Shown here: piece by piece, positions 1-9,694 of the stretch | How positions within the stretch are numbered: position 1 is the first letter of the stretch | Layout: each line of letters opens with the position of its first letter | IMG/VR virus record: IMGVR_UViG_3300030433_000533 | Location: 1-30,326 of that record | Source: a virus | Taxonomy: Duplodnaviria > Caudoviricetes | Strand: one strand, 5' to 3' | Length of the DNA: 30,326 nucleotides | The notes under the pieces: generated by a model | What the model was told of the DNA's origin: nothing | What the model saw: the letters and a program-made list of their open reading frames with translations, nothing else | The model's database searches: none | Made by a program: the position numbers and the translations under genes

Positions 1-95
1 GCTGTAGCTTCCCCTGACTTAATCCGCTGACTTAACTCTGTAGCAAGACTGCTATGCAGTGCTTCGAGGATGTCTTGGGGAGATTGCTTGGTCAT
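1..95 (-). CDS. Terminase small subunit (T7 gp18-like), N-terminal part; runs off the window
   Basis: Manual translation from ATG at 95: MTKQSPQDILEALHSSLATELSQRIKSGEATA, resembling the L..LH..LA..L...I.SGEATA pattern of T7-like small terminases; SD GGAGG upstream; expected position after the tail/lysis genes. Confidence 0.7.
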   Translation of the reverse strand, partial: MTKQSPQDILEALHSSLATELSQRIKSGEAT

Positions 96-209
96 TTATA
101 TCCCTCCATACTGTTTCCTCCATATCCATGCGTTTAATTTACTAATCAGTTTTGATATTCTTGTAATAAACTTACTGTTCCAAAATTTATGACGATAGGG
201 TCTATTCAT
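96..209 (-). CDS. Small basic, Trp-rich hypothetical peptide (37 aa)
   Basis: Manual translation MNRPYRHKFWNSKFITRISKLISKLNAWIWRKQYGGI; ATGA overlap with the upstream stop; its stop abuts the terminase ATG. Confidence 0.55.
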   Translation of the reverse strand: MNRPYRHKFWNSKFITRISKLISKLNAWIWRKQYGGI

Positions 210-352
210 CCCTTCTTCTTTTTCTTTTTAGGCGCAAACCCACCCTTCTTGTTTTTCATCTTTGCGTAAGTTTTCTTATCGATTGTAGAGTTCTTTTTTG
301 AACGGGATGTCCCTGCTTTTTTACGGGCATTCATATTTCTATATAAAGACAT
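206..352 (-). CDS. Small very basic phage protein (48 aa)
   Basis: Manual translation MSLYRNMNARKKAGTSRSKKNSTIDKKTYAKMKNKKGGFAPKKKKKKG; ATG directly follows the upstream TAA; below the ORF track cut-off; tiles the region without gaps. Confidence 0.7.
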   Translation of the reverse strand: MSLYRNMNARKKAGTSRSKKNSTIDKKTYAKMKNKKGGFAPKKKKKKG

Positions 353-601
353 TTAACACTTCCACCTTCTACGGGCTTTTCTTAATCGACTATTAGGGTT
401 TTTAGCGGCGGCTGGATACTTCTTCATCTGTCCCGCACTTCTTGCACAGAACGATCTTTTACGTGCGCCACCACCGGGTTGAGGAGGTTTGAGCTTACTT
501 CCAGTCTTTCTGTTGTAATAATCTCGACCAGCCTTCGTTAAACCGCCCTTTTCAGATTTGTGTTTCTTGCGAAGAGATACACCTTTCTTTTTAGCTGCCA
601 T
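353..601 (-). CDS. Basic phage protein, DUF6321-like (82 aa)
   Basis: Start reassigned to ATG 601 (TAATG overlap with the holin stop): MAAKKKGVSLRKKHKSEKGGLTKAGR...RKRSFCARS...RLRKARRRWKC. Family name from recall of the GGL..AGR/SFCAR pattern. Confidence 0.7.
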   Translation of the reverse strand: MAAKKKGVSLRKKHKSEKGGLTKAGRDYYNRKTGSKLKPPQPGGGARKRSFCARSAGQMKKYPAAAKNPNSRLRKARRRWKC

Positions 602-1011
602 TATCGACTTCTCTTCATATTCTCTCTGGACACACCCTTCCATTTCTCTGCGGTTCTCATACCGCCAAGACCGAGTAATGCCATAATTAGTCCAGTGAGT
701 TCTTCAGTTTCTAAAGCTGGTAGTGTAATCATTGGATACCACACTACTAAGGCCCAAGAAGTGATTGGGGCGAGTATATATTGCCACGCCAATGCAAAAC
801 AACATACCCACATGATGGCGGGTCTTGCACCCGCAACGAACAAAGAAGGATGTTTAGCTTGCTCTATATTCGCCTGTGCTTGTAGAGCATCTAGGTTAAT
901 TAGTTGAGACTTTAATTCAGCATCTAGCTTAGTTCGTAGGTCTTTGTCTTCGACAAACTTATCGAGAACCTTGCCAGCAACACCGACAACAGAGTCTACA
1001 ATTCCTAACAT
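601..1011 (-). CDS. Putative holin, 3TM (GTA-holin/DUF3154-like)
   Basis: N-terminal amphipathic segment, SLFVAGARPAIMWVC motif, two hydrophobic helices and LLGLGGMRTAEKWKG basic tail. Confidence 0.75.
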   Translation of the reverse strand: MLGIVDSVVGVAGKVLDKFVEDKDLRTKLDAELKSQLINLDALQAQANIEQAKHPSLFVAGARPAIMWVCCFALAWQYILAPITSWALVVWYPMITLPALETEELTGLIMALLGLGGMRTAEKWKGVSRENMKRSR

Positions 1012-1013
1012 TT

Positions 1014-1220
1014 TTATACCGAGGGTTTAGTTCTAAAAATCAATGGAAAACATTTACCGTCATAATCTACAAACTCACCTTTATCTCTTCTAATCTCCAT
1101 GTTCATTTGTATGATTTCTACAGGAGGACATCCATGATCTACGAGTGTTTTCTCATAGGTAAATGTTCCGTCTGCATGATATAAAACGAGTATCATTAAA
1201 AACTTTTGTATAACCGGCAT
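1014..1220 (-). CDS. Hypothetical protein (68 aa) with hydrophobic N-terminus
   Basis: ORF tiles between neighbours with a TAATG overlap; two Cys; no recognised family. Confidence 0.6.
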   Translation of the reverse strand: MPVIQKFLMILVLYHADGTFTYEKTLVDHGCPPVEIIQMNMEIRRDKGEFVDYDGKCFPLIFRTKPSV

Positions 1221-1570
1221 TATTTCTTTTCTTTAATTACTGGGTGCGAACCATTATGCATAGCAAGTATTTTGTCCAAATCTTTACGATCTTGCTTTAA
1301 TTGTGTCTCCATTCTTTCTAAAGAACGATGGAGTTTTTCGCGATTTTCTGGTGAAAGTATTTGCGAAAGTATCGCGACACGGTTTTCTGAAACTTCGGTA
1401 GAGATGTTATTTTTCTCTAAACTATCGTAAAGTTCAGTGATGTTTTTTTGCATCTGCTTGGAATCTTCTTCCAATTCAATGCATTTCTGCCGAGTTACAA
1501 CAAAAGATGTAATTACACTAATCAACATACCGCCTAATGTGATTAAGAGCCTTGCATCAAGCTCCATCAT
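1220..1570 (-). CDS. Hypothetical membrane-anchored coiled-coil protein
   Basis: N-terminal TM segment LLITLGGMLISVITSFVV followed by heptad-like charged helices; lies in the lysis region. Confidence 0.7.
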   Translation of the reverse strand: MMELDARLLITLGGMLISVITSFVVTRQKCIELEEDSKQMQKNITELYDSLEKNNISTEVSENRVAILSQILSPENREKLHRSLERMETQLKQDRKDLDKILAMHNGSHPVIKEKK

Positions 1571-1885
1571 CTACGTCCAGTGCGCGTCGTCGCGAGCGTT
1601 GAAATCAAGAATTTGTTGATCTGTCTTTGATGGTAAAGCCGCCTCGATCTCGTTGGACTTTGCGCGGATCGCGTTGACAGCATCGATGACAGCTTGACCC
1701 GCAGCGCGGACATCGGCGTCGTCGGACTGTATATCGATTGCCGCGTTGCGCTGTTTCCAGTCTGGAGCGGTTTCGAGGATGCGCCGCTGCGCCTCGAATT
1801 TTATGGCTGGGTGTAGCTGTTCACACCATTGCTCTTTTGTTAGCCCGCTGTCGATTCCGTTATGATCTACAAAATTTGCCATCAA
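1571..1885 (-). CDS. Tail-fibre-associated protein (possible chaperone/assembly factor)
   Basis: ATGA overlap with the tail-fibre stop; IKFEAQRRIL...WKQRN...IRAKSNEIEA pattern resembles small genes following tail fibres. Confidence 0.6.
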   Translation of the reverse strand: MMANFVDHNGIDSGLTKEQWCEQLHPAIKFEAQRRILETAPDWKQRNAAIDIQSDDADVRAAGQAVIDAVNAIRAKSNEIEAALPSKTDQQILDFNARDDAHWT

Positions 1886-4281
1886 ACACCTACCGCTATT
1901 TTTGTCGCCGAGATCGCCGTGCCCACGAACGGCATACCTTGGCTCTTGCCGGGATTGTTATCAGCTTCGATCAGGTTGCCGTCGTGACCGACGAGATACC
2001 GCCGCCCAACGACTAGACTGCTTTGGTTTTCATTCACGGCACCTTTGAGATGCACCGTCAACGTCTGCGTGTCACTGACAGTGCTGGATGCAAAGCCGAT
2101 AAAACTTCTTGCGTTGCTTACACCTAGTTGCGGCTTGACGCCGTAGAACCTTTGCTCGCTGCTATGTTTTGCAGAGACGACCATCGCATTGCGATTTTGG
2201 TCCCAAACAGCGGCAATGTTGCTGTTGCTGTTGGCGTCGATTTGACGAGACGCAGAGACGACAAAATCGTCTTCGCTAGCAGTGCGACCGAGTTTAATAT
2301 CGATAGTGCGATAGACCAATTTATTGCTATCAGTCGTATCGTAATACACCACTATAAATGCGTTTGTTTCGGGAATCGGCACAAAGTGAGGACCGTGGTA
2401 GCTCAAATAAGACATGTCGTCGACTCCTACGCCGTAGCTCATGTCTGCCATCGCATTTGCAAAACTGATTGTGCTGATCGTTCGCGTGACATTAGTGCGC
2501 GATTGACCCGGCATAATCAGGCGTTTTGCCCAAGGATGCCATTGACTTGTACTTGGATAAAACCGTTGTCCTGTTCCAGAGTCGGTTACAACCTGCACAG
2601 TTCGATCTGGGTGTGATACCGAGTTGTTCGTTGGAGCTTGACTGTATCGTGCGATTGTTCCGCCGGTAAGCGACGCCGAATTGTATGCGCCAAACTGATC
2701 TTTATTCCATTGCTCACTCGTTAAGAATTGAAACTCGATCCCGTAGTCATAGAGGTAGCGCATGTGAATAAGGCCGACATCTGGTATATGTCGGAATCCA
2801 GAATAGTAGCTATAGCTTTGCCCATAGGCTCCGGTGTGGAGATCGGTTGTGTCGTGCGCTTTAACAACCTCAGAAATGCTTGTGTCCGCAAACCCTACAC
2901 CGCTTTCGCCAGTCGTTGAACTGTTTGGTGCGGAGATATACATCGCGCCTGTTGAGCGGTTAACATCAACGCTGCCATAAGGCGCTGCCGATCCGAAGCT
3001 ATCAGATGCCGAGCCACTTAAAGTGCCGGAATTGTTGCGAAGCAAGTAACCGTGGCAATTCGATCCCCTAATTGGACCACACCAGATGCGGTCGAGAACA
3101 GGATTGTACACCATCGTTATGCCCGACACCGCGTCGTTACCGCCGTGAGCGTAAGTCAATTCACCTGTGTATGTTGTGTTAAACGAAGCATCGAGCGGAA
3201 CTCGAGCGAAATACATATTGCCGGTGATGTTGATGCCCGACAGTACCTCGCTGTTTCCTTCATCATAGACGAGGTGTGCCACACCCGAATCTCGGCTCGA
3301 AGTCGCGACCGTGCTGCCAATGGTTTCCGTCATCGAATAGCCGGTCGCGCTGATTTGTTTGACTTTGCCGTCCGGTGTGATGGCAACGGGTTTGCCAGCG
3401 GTGATGCTGCCATCAGCAACCAAGTCAACTGTTCCACCAGAGGCTGGGAGATTGGTAAGATTGGCTCCACTAATTGCTCCGAGTGCGCCAGTACCATCTA
3501 ATTTTACAATTTTATTGGCACCTGTTGTCGCAACGTCATCCGCCATAATGACGCCATAGGAATCTATAGCTTGCTTTGTGCGAAGCGGCGTCATCTGGTT
3601 CGTGTTGTTCGTTCCAGCTTCAGCTTCAGCTTGGCTGGCTAAAGACACACCAGCAGATTCAGCAGATGCGGCAGCAGCAGCGGCTGAAGCACTTGCTTCT
3701 GATGCTTTCGTAGTTGCCGTAGTTGCTGAAGATGCTGCTGAAGTAGCACTAGACGCGCTATTGGTTGCGCTGGTTGCGGCAGCACTAGCAGAGGCAGCAG
3801 CGGCACTAGCGTTTGACGATACAGTGGCTATCTGTGAGTCAGTATAAGCCTTCGTAGAAACATCCTGTGCGCTGGTAGGATCAGCAATGTTAGTAATACG
3901 CTTATTGTTGCCTTCGTATACATCAGAGGCATTAAGCGTGATTGAGTCGTTAGCAACATCAAGCGATTCTTGCGCCATAAAGAACGCTTGTTCACTGTCA
4001 GTGTCTAAGTCTGTTTCGGTAAGCGTAGCTCCAGCTACATAATCAACCAAACGTGCAGAATGGTTGGTAGCCCGTCGTACTTCTACGATCTGACCATTGG
4101 TAGGTATATTGCCAGCGGTAAACGTGATCGTGTTGGAGGTAGGAAAAGTGTAATGAGTCGTCAGGGTTTTCGTTACACCATCTACCTTAACAACAATATC
4201 GCCCGTATCTCTGTAGCTAAATCCTAAAGTTATAGGGGTATTGTTACCGTCAGCGGTACTCCTGACGAGTGCAAAAGCCAT
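1882..4281 (-). CDS. Tail fibre protein (T7 gp17-like N-terminal anchor)
   Basis: N-terminus with VEVRRAT...LVDYVAGATLTETDLD...QAFFMAQE and KRITNIADP...DVSTKAY typical of gp17 anchors; Ala/Ser/Thr stalk; ASQAEAEAGTNN...MTPLRTKQAI fibre motif; beta-rich C-terminal domain. Confidence 0.9.
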   Translation of the reverse strand: MAFALVRSTADGNNTPITLGFSYRDTGDIVVKVDGVTKTLTTHYTFPTSNTITFTAGNIPTNGQIVEVRRATNHSARLVDYVAGATLTETDLDTDSEQAFFMAQESLDVANDSITLNASDVYEGNNKRITNIADPTSAQDVSTKAYTDSQIATVSSNASAAAASASAAATSATNSASSATSAASSATTATTKASEASASAAAAAASAESAGVSLASQAEAEAGTNNTNQMTPLRTKQAIDSYGVIMADDVATTGANKIVKLDGTGALGAISGANLTNLPASGGTVDLVADGSITAGKPVAITPDGKVKQISATGYSMTETIGSTVATSSRDSGVAHLVYDEGNSEVLSGINITGNMYFARVPLDASFNTTYTGELTYAHGGNDAVSGITMVYNPVLDRIWCGPIRGSNCHGYLLRNNSGTLSGSASDSFGSAAPYGSVDVNRSTGAMYISAPNSSTTGESGVGFADTSISEVVKAHDTTDLHTGAYGQSYSYYSGFRHIPDVGLIHMRYLYDYGIEFQFLTSEQWNKDQFGAYNSASLTGGTIARYSQAPTNNSVSHPDRTVQVVTDSGTGQRFYPSTSQWHPWAKRLIMPGQSRTNVTRTISTISFANAMADMSYGVGVDDMSYLSYHGPHFVPIPETNAFIVVYYDTTDSNKLVYRTIDIKLGRTASEDDFVVSASRQIDANSNSNIAAVWDQNRNAMVVSAKHSSEQRFYGVKPQLGVSNARSFIGFASSTVSDTQTLTVHLKGAVNENQSSLVVGRRYLVGHDGNLIEADNNPGKSQGMPFVGTAISATKIAVGV
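3650..3815 (-). repeat. Low-complexity Ala/Ser/Thr coding repeat in the tail-fibre stalk
   Basis: Encodes ASAAAASASAAATSATNSASSATSAASSATTATTKASEASASAAAAAASAESA. Confidence 0.7.
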
Positions 4282-4298
4282 TTAAATTTTCCTTAAAT

Positions 4299-4324
4299 AT
4301 AATTCCGAAGTTGCCTTCGGTTTT
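4299..4324. promoter_or_regulatory. Palindromic motif copy 1 (upstream of tail fibre)
   Basis: ATAATT-CCGAAG-TTGC-CTTCGG-TTTT, between the stop of 4323..7454 and the fibre RBS. The repeat is certain; its function is inferred. Confidence 0.75.
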
Positions 4325-7300
4325 ATTCGCTTAATTGATCTACAATAGTGTTTATGAACAAAGCGTTTTGATACGGAAGCCAGTCCATAAAATCGCTGCC
4401 TTCAGTATCTGCATGAGTTGCTATTTTTAGAGGTAACTCACCTAAACCCAGTAATTTATCAGCCGTGGATACGGTGGGGTTTCCAGACCACAGGCTTGTA
4501 GCCATGCCCGTGCTTCTGCCGTACTTAGAGAACATCGGGTCTAAACCAACAAATTCTAAAACAGAGTCAGTTAGACCCGGTATGAGAGAAGCGTAAGCAG
4601 ATCGCTGAAATGCAGCTTTGGCGATAGCGTCCAACTCAAACAATTCAGGGTCTTCACCTCCCGTGCGTAGATAGGTCTGACCCATGTACGCTAGACCACC
4701 AAGCAAAGAGGTCGTCATAAAGGCTGAGAAGTGTGCAAAGTCTCTGCGGTGTACTGCTTGCAGGGTTTGCTTTGCATACGCCACAAGCATGAAAGTTCTA
4801 AATTGAGTTATAACTTTACCAAGCGGAGTGGTCATCCAGTAACCCATCGCACCTATGTCGTTGGTCTGAATGACACGGTTTGTCCATCTGTATATACCGT
4901 TGGCAAACTCTTCGCGCAGATTGATAGGCCAATCCTGCATATTAAGATCAGTTAGCTTACCGTTGCTGAAAGATGCTTTCCTTAATTGGCCCATAATTTG
5001 GTCAGTTACTTCATCCGACCATCCGACCTCTCTAAAATTAATGCGGTCACTTTCCTTTAGAGGCTTGTTAGCCAGTGTCCCTAGCTTTCCTATAAAGGTC
5101 TTTCCCGCTAAACGCTGTGAGTACATTGTGATAGGGGTCATGCCAGACAGAACGCTGGTAATACGTTTACCCTTTACACCAATCTCTAAGGCTTTCTTCT
5201 GTGCTTCCGTCAGGTTGCTGCCGATAACCTCGCCACCTGTTGTGCCTGTATATCTTTCAGACATGGAAGCATAGCGTACCCAGTCTGTGCCGATACCTGT
5301 CAGAGACTCGAAGTCTCGCAGAATAGCATCGTCCTTGATCTGTCCTGTTGCCATATCACGCTGTAAGGCTCTGAGAGCAGGCATGTTAGTTACCATCGCT
5401 CTCCACCCGCCCAACGATCCTATGTTCCCTAGCTCTGCAAGTTGTGCAAAACCAACTTGGTTCATAACTCGCATGTAGTTGTAGTCTAGGAGAAGCTGCG
5501 TAAACGTATCGGCAGCGGCAGACCTGTCGTGCAGGGGTTTACCCAGCAATGACCGTATCATCACTTGTGCGCGTTTAACGTCCCTGTTTATTCTCGCCTT
5601 GTTCTTTGGATCGAGAACAGCATCGTCAGTAGCTTGTCGTAGTATCTGATCGAACTCTGCTTCATCAGTTATGCCTAGAACTCTGGCAGCGGCGATACGT
5701 CCTGACATCTCCCGTGCATATTTATCCATGCCTGAATAGGCGTTACTGTCGTAAAGGTCTTCCATACGTAGAAGATTGCCGTTTACGGTAGCCTCGAATG
5801 TCTCATCGATGTCTAATTTACGACTTAGACTGCTACCTTTTGTAGCCTTCTTTGATAGCAGTCCGTTGATAGTCTCAAACATTTCTTCAGTAAATTCTGT
5901 GCTACCAAAATTATCTCTTTCATTGTCGAAAAACTTTCGGACATCATCGATGTTTTGTTTTGATACCTGCCCAAAGTTTGCAGCGGTTCCAGCATCAGCC
6001 CTCTTGATACCTAGAACATATAAACGTGCCATAGCTTTTGCTGTAGCTTCGTCCAGCTTTAGGCCGCGAGGTTTTGACAGGTATGCTTGAGCAACAAAGT
6101 CTATAAAGTTCTCTTCGCCACCAGCCTTCTGAACCATCTGTCCAAGTTTGCTGATAGATATACGGCGAGGTACGTAGAGGTCGTTGAAGTCAATCTCATC
6201 TGCGTTCTTTACCCCTGCGTCTTTGAGGTCTTGCAGGATTCTACGCATCATTTGTCGATACGAGTCTCGCGCCTCTTTGACTAACTTCTTTTGAGCGTTG
6301 TTGAGGTTGTCTAACCCATCTATGAAATCGTCACCTTCGCGCCTGACAGCTTGTTCTATGAGTTGTCCGAAGAGGTCACGCTCGTTACCAAAGAAACGTG
6401 TGCCAGCTTCGTTACGGAACTGCTTTTCCAGAACGTATAGTCTTGCTCCAAAGCTGCCGTGATAACTTTGGTACAGTCTGTCCCCAAGTTCTGTAGCACT
6501 GATCTTATTGACTTGTCCGTCTCGGACATCAGCCACGACATCTTGAGCTAAACGAGACAATCTGGTTGAAATAATTTTACTAGGAGATGTCTTAATGGCA
6601 TTTCCCATATCGAACCTGATCGGAATCTTTATATCCGTAAAAGGCAGACGAAAGTGTGACATAGCAGTGGGTGCCAGATCAGCGTCCGGTCCTTTAGCGT
6701 TGTCTACTACTTCTGCCCTAGCAGGTTTGAGGGCGTCTCTCTGTTGTTGTGTAAGAGGGATGCCAGCCTCATCGGCCTGACGTACAAACTGCGTATTTTC
6801 TACGTCCGTAAGCTTACGTCCTAACGCTGTACCAAAACCGCCCAGCGCACCGCCAGCGGCTGTGACCATCAGGATATTCTGTATTGCATCAGAGGTTGTC
6901 AGTGTCTCTTTATTAGCACTAATAAAACCTTCTAGTGCCGCACCTTCTACAGCACTGATACCTGCCATAGATGCAATTCTACTTGATCGAGTTGCCTGCC
7001 CTATACGGCTGGCAATACCAAACCCGCCTAGCGTTCCTGTACCTAAGCTGGTTATCCACAGTGCAGGATCACCTACGTTGAGAAGAACCCTCGATGCTGT
7101 GCCTGTCCAACCGTGATCCGCCAGCTTCTGAGCAAGCTCTTGCTCCTCTAGGATGTCTGCTACAGTTCTGTCCCATTCGTTCTGGTTCTGAACATCAGCA
7201 AGTGCGTGGAAGTTCTGTGGTTGTACACCGCGCTCCTGTGCAGCATCGAACATCTCAGGCGTTGCAACAAAGTCGAGATCGATCTCCGCTGTGCCTTCGG

Positions 7301-7454
7301 TAGCCAGTTCGTAAGCTGTAGGTATTAACCAGTCTTGCTCGATGATCTGCGGGAACAGATCGCTGACTGGTTCTGTAGGTTTTGTTTCTTCTTGTGGGGC
7401 GGGTGCTAGGGATGTGTCTTGTTCAATATTTAAAACATTAAACAGTTCTGACAT
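4323..7454 (-). CDS. Large internal virion (ejection) protein, gp16-like position
   Basis: 1043 aa, helical, last of three internal-virion genes before the fibre; C-terminal PLGKVITQFRTF...K and LPYQN motifs seen in such proteins. Confidence 0.75.
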   Translation of the reverse strand: MSELFNVLNIEQDTSLAPAPQEETKPTEPVSDLFPQIIEQDWLIPTAYELATEGTAEIDLDFVATPEMFDAAQERGVQPQNFHALADVQNQNEWDRTVADILEEQELAQKLADHGWTGTASRVLLNVGDPALWITSLGTGTLGGFGIASRIGQATRSSRIASMAGISAVEGAALEGFISANKETLTTSDAIQNILMVTAAGGALGGFGTALGRKLTDVENTQFVRQADEAGIPLTQQQRDALKPARAEVVDNAKGPDADLAPTAMSHFRLPFTDIKIPIRFDMGNAIKTSPSKIISTRLSRLAQDVVADVRDGQVNKISATELGDRLYQSYHGSFGARLYVLEKQFRNEAGTRFFGNERDLFGQLIEQAVRREGDDFIDGLDNLNNAQKKLVKEARDSYRQMMRRILQDLKDAGVKNADEIDFNDLYVPRRISISKLGQMVQKAGGEENFIDFVAQAYLSKPRGLKLDEATAKAMARLYVLGIKRADAGTAANFGQVSKQNIDDVRKFFDNERDNFGSTEFTEEMFETINGLLSKKATKGSSLSRKLDIDETFEATVNGNLLRMEDLYDSNAYSGMDKYAREMSGRIAAARVLGITDEAEFDQILRQATDDAVLDPKNKARINRDVKRAQVMIRSLLGKPLHDRSAAADTFTQLLLDYNYMRVMNQVGFAQLAELGNIGSLGGWRAMVTNMPALRALQRDMATGQIKDDAILRDFESLTGIGTDWVRYASMSERYTGTTGGEVIGSNLTEAQKKALEIGVKGKRITSVLSGMTPITMYSQRLAGKTFIGKLGTLANKPLKESDRINFREVGWSDEVTDQIMGQLRKASFSNGKLTDLNMQDWPINLREEFANGIYRWTNRVIQTNDIGAMGYWMTTPLGKVITQFRTFMLVAYAKQTLQAVHRRDFAHFSAFMTTSLLGGLAYMGQTYLRTGGEDPELFELDAIAKAAFQRSAYASLIPGLTDSVLEFVGLDPMFSKYGRSTGMATSLWSGNPTVSTADKLLGLGELPLKIATHADTEGSDFMDWLPYQNALFINTIVDQLSE

Positions 7455-9694
7455 TATTGTTGCTGACCTGTGCGTTCTTTAATAATACGATCTGCTTCTG
7501 CTCGCATACCTTGTCGTCTTTCAATGGTCTCTTTTGCTACCTGTGCCGCATATCTTGCTGCATCACCGGGTTTTACGATGAACATAGAAGGCTGTGTGGT
7601 AGAATAACTAAGTCCTATAGGCGTTCCTGTTTCAGCATGAATGTACATAAACCTATCGCCGTTAATAGGATCGTTTGTGATAGATAGTTCACCTCTTGGT
7701 ATCTTGTTACGTGCAGCAAATTCATCCATCTGTGCCGCAAGGTAAGCAGGTAACTCAGTGTCTTTTAGTAGCTCCATATTCTTCGGTGATCGAGCCATTA
7801 GCACATGCTCAACGCCATTGTGACTGAATCCAACTAAACGAGGAATGATATCTTCTTTCAGTATATCTACTAACCCATCCCCCTCGTAACTGTTGTAAAT
7901 CAATTCGGCTCTATGCTTCAGTATCTGTCTAAGGCGACCTCGCATGTAAGGAGGTAAATTGGCATCACCAAAGCTACCTGTCTTTGCAATATCGTTATCA
8001 ATAGAGGAAAGAGCGTCATCTATATTTTTCTTATTTGCACTTGTTATGCGGAAATCTTTTGTATTAGACCACATAATTTGTAACTGTTCTTTGATGTTTT
8101 CAGCGTTGATTTTACCAATCACTCTTTCCGCGTTAAAGGTCTCAAAGAACCTACGCATAGGGTCGTCAACAGGTAAGTAATGATCGACAAGTGTAGGATC
8201 TAAAATTTTTAGAGCCTGATAAGTTTCGTATAAACTATCTGTCCCATCGTCATTCCAGAATACGGAGAATATCTGATCTTTGTTTCCTCCATTCAGGATA
8301 GACTTGAAGTTATCAAAATCACCTTTGTAATAGTTAAGACCTTCATCTTCACCAATGCGCGACAGCATTGAAAAGATTTTTATCTTCTTATCTAGGGATG
8401 ATATTGGTTTACCTGTAGCGTCTGTTTCTTGACTGACGCTGGCTATAAGTTTGTTTATTGCAAGAGGTTTGATCTTGTCTCGTTTTCCTTCTACACCGTC
8501 ACTTGCAATAGTGCTGCCCTGTACCTGCGAGTACCAACCAACGGGATTACCTGCACGTAAGTCAGCAACAAGTTTGTCTGCTAAATAGTTACTATTGTCG
8601 TTATCAATTAACTTATTCTTTGCTTGCTGCGCTTCATTAAACAAAGACAGAGCTTCATCCCGTACAACTTTAGTACCCTTTTCTCCAGTGTTACCAAGTG
8701 TCGTATACAGCCCTTTATCCAGTAGAAGGCTTGGTACTTTCCCATCGCTTCCTGACAAGGCGTGTATAGCGATATTAAACTGACCTATCGCATCCTGTGT
8801 TCGACCGTTAGCGGCAGAAACTTTGGCGTTAATTATTATATCTTTAACAAGATTTAACTTAATCTGTTTGAAGTGCGCTCTAGGGACGTTGTTGTTTCTT
8901 CCAAACTCTTCTAAGGAAGTCTCAAGGCGTCCATGAAAATTATCATAGTAATGCCTACTATCTCTGCCTTCCTCTTGATCTAGTTGAGCGAAGTCTTGCA
9001 GGGTAGTATAAAGGTTCGTTGCTGCGGTCTGTACACGGGCAGAGTCATCTAACTGTTCGCGTACTTGCACAAACTCTGCACGCTTCTGTTCAGACCATTT
9101 AGAAAGAACAATAGAGGCACCATTAGCCAAGTCTAAGTTCTGAGCATTCGTACCGCGAAATTGGTTTGTAATACGTGCTATGTGTTGCTCAAGGGGAAAG
9201 GTCTGGCGTTGGTTGAAGGGTTGGCTTTTATAGTCATCGAGGATTCTCTTGTAATCTTCTGCACCCTTGCCAACTGTTAGATAGTTGGTTGCCGCCGCTG
9301 CGCCAAAGGCATAGTTAAAACTACGTTCTTTTAGAACCGTATCTAGTCGCGGAATGTTACCAGCCTGTCGCTGTTTTTCGATATCATCGAAGCTCATACC
9401 TTGAGCCAGATACCCGTTAATTATCGACTCCGCTTCTCTTGCAGCTTGGCTTTCGTATTTCTTACGGTTTTGCTCTTGATAACTCTGTAGTTTCTTTCCA
9501 AGCGCACTTGCCAGTGCAGATGCTTTACCCGCCGCCGTGTCTTCTACTCTAGGCACCTGCGGAGCTATAACAGGAGGGTTAGGAATCGTTGCAGTAAACT
9601 GAGGGGCATCACCTAAACCAAGGGATCGTAATGCTGTACTGCTTACACCTCTGGCATTAGGGTTCTTTCTTAAACCTGTATCCTTTCTTGCCAT
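7454..9694 (-). CDS. Internal virion protein, gp15-like position
   Basis: 746 aa helical protein; synteny between gp14-like and gp16-like genes; TAATG overlaps. Confidence 0.65.
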   Translation of the reverse strand: MARKDTGLRKNPNARGVSSTALRSLGLGDAPQFTATIPNPPVIAPQVPRVEDTAAGKASALASALGKKLQSYQEQNRKKYESQAAREAESIINGYLAQGMSFDDIEKQRQAGNIPRLDTVLKERSFNYAFGAAAATNYLTVGKGAEDYKRILDDYKSQPFNQRQTFPLEQHIARITNQFRGTNAQNLDLANGASIVLSKWSEQKRAEFVQVREQLDDSARVQTAATNLYTTLQDFAQLDQEEGRDSRHYYDNFHGRLETSLEEFGRNNNVPRAHFKQIKLNLVKDIIINAKVSAANGRTQDAIGQFNIAIHALSGSDGKVPSLLLDKGLYTTLGNTGEKGTKVVRDEALSLFNEAQQAKNKLIDNDNSNYLADKLVADLRAGNPVGWYSQVQGSTIASDGVEGKRDKIKPLAINKLIASVSQETDATGKPISSLDKKIKIFSMLSRIGEDEGLNYYKGDFDNFKSILNGGNKDQIFSVFWNDDGTDSLYETYQALKILDPTLVDHYLPVDDPMRRFFETFNAERVIGKINAENIKEQLQIMWSNTKDFRITSANKKNIDDALSSIDNDIAKTGSFGDANLPPYMRGRLRQILKHRAELIYNSYEGDGLVDILKEDIIPRLVGFSHNGVEHVLMARSPKNMELLKDTELPAYLAAQMDEFAARNKIPRGELSITNDPINGDRFMYIHAETGTPIGLSYSTTQPSMFIVKPGDAARYAAQVAKETIERRQGMRAEADRIIKERTGQQQ

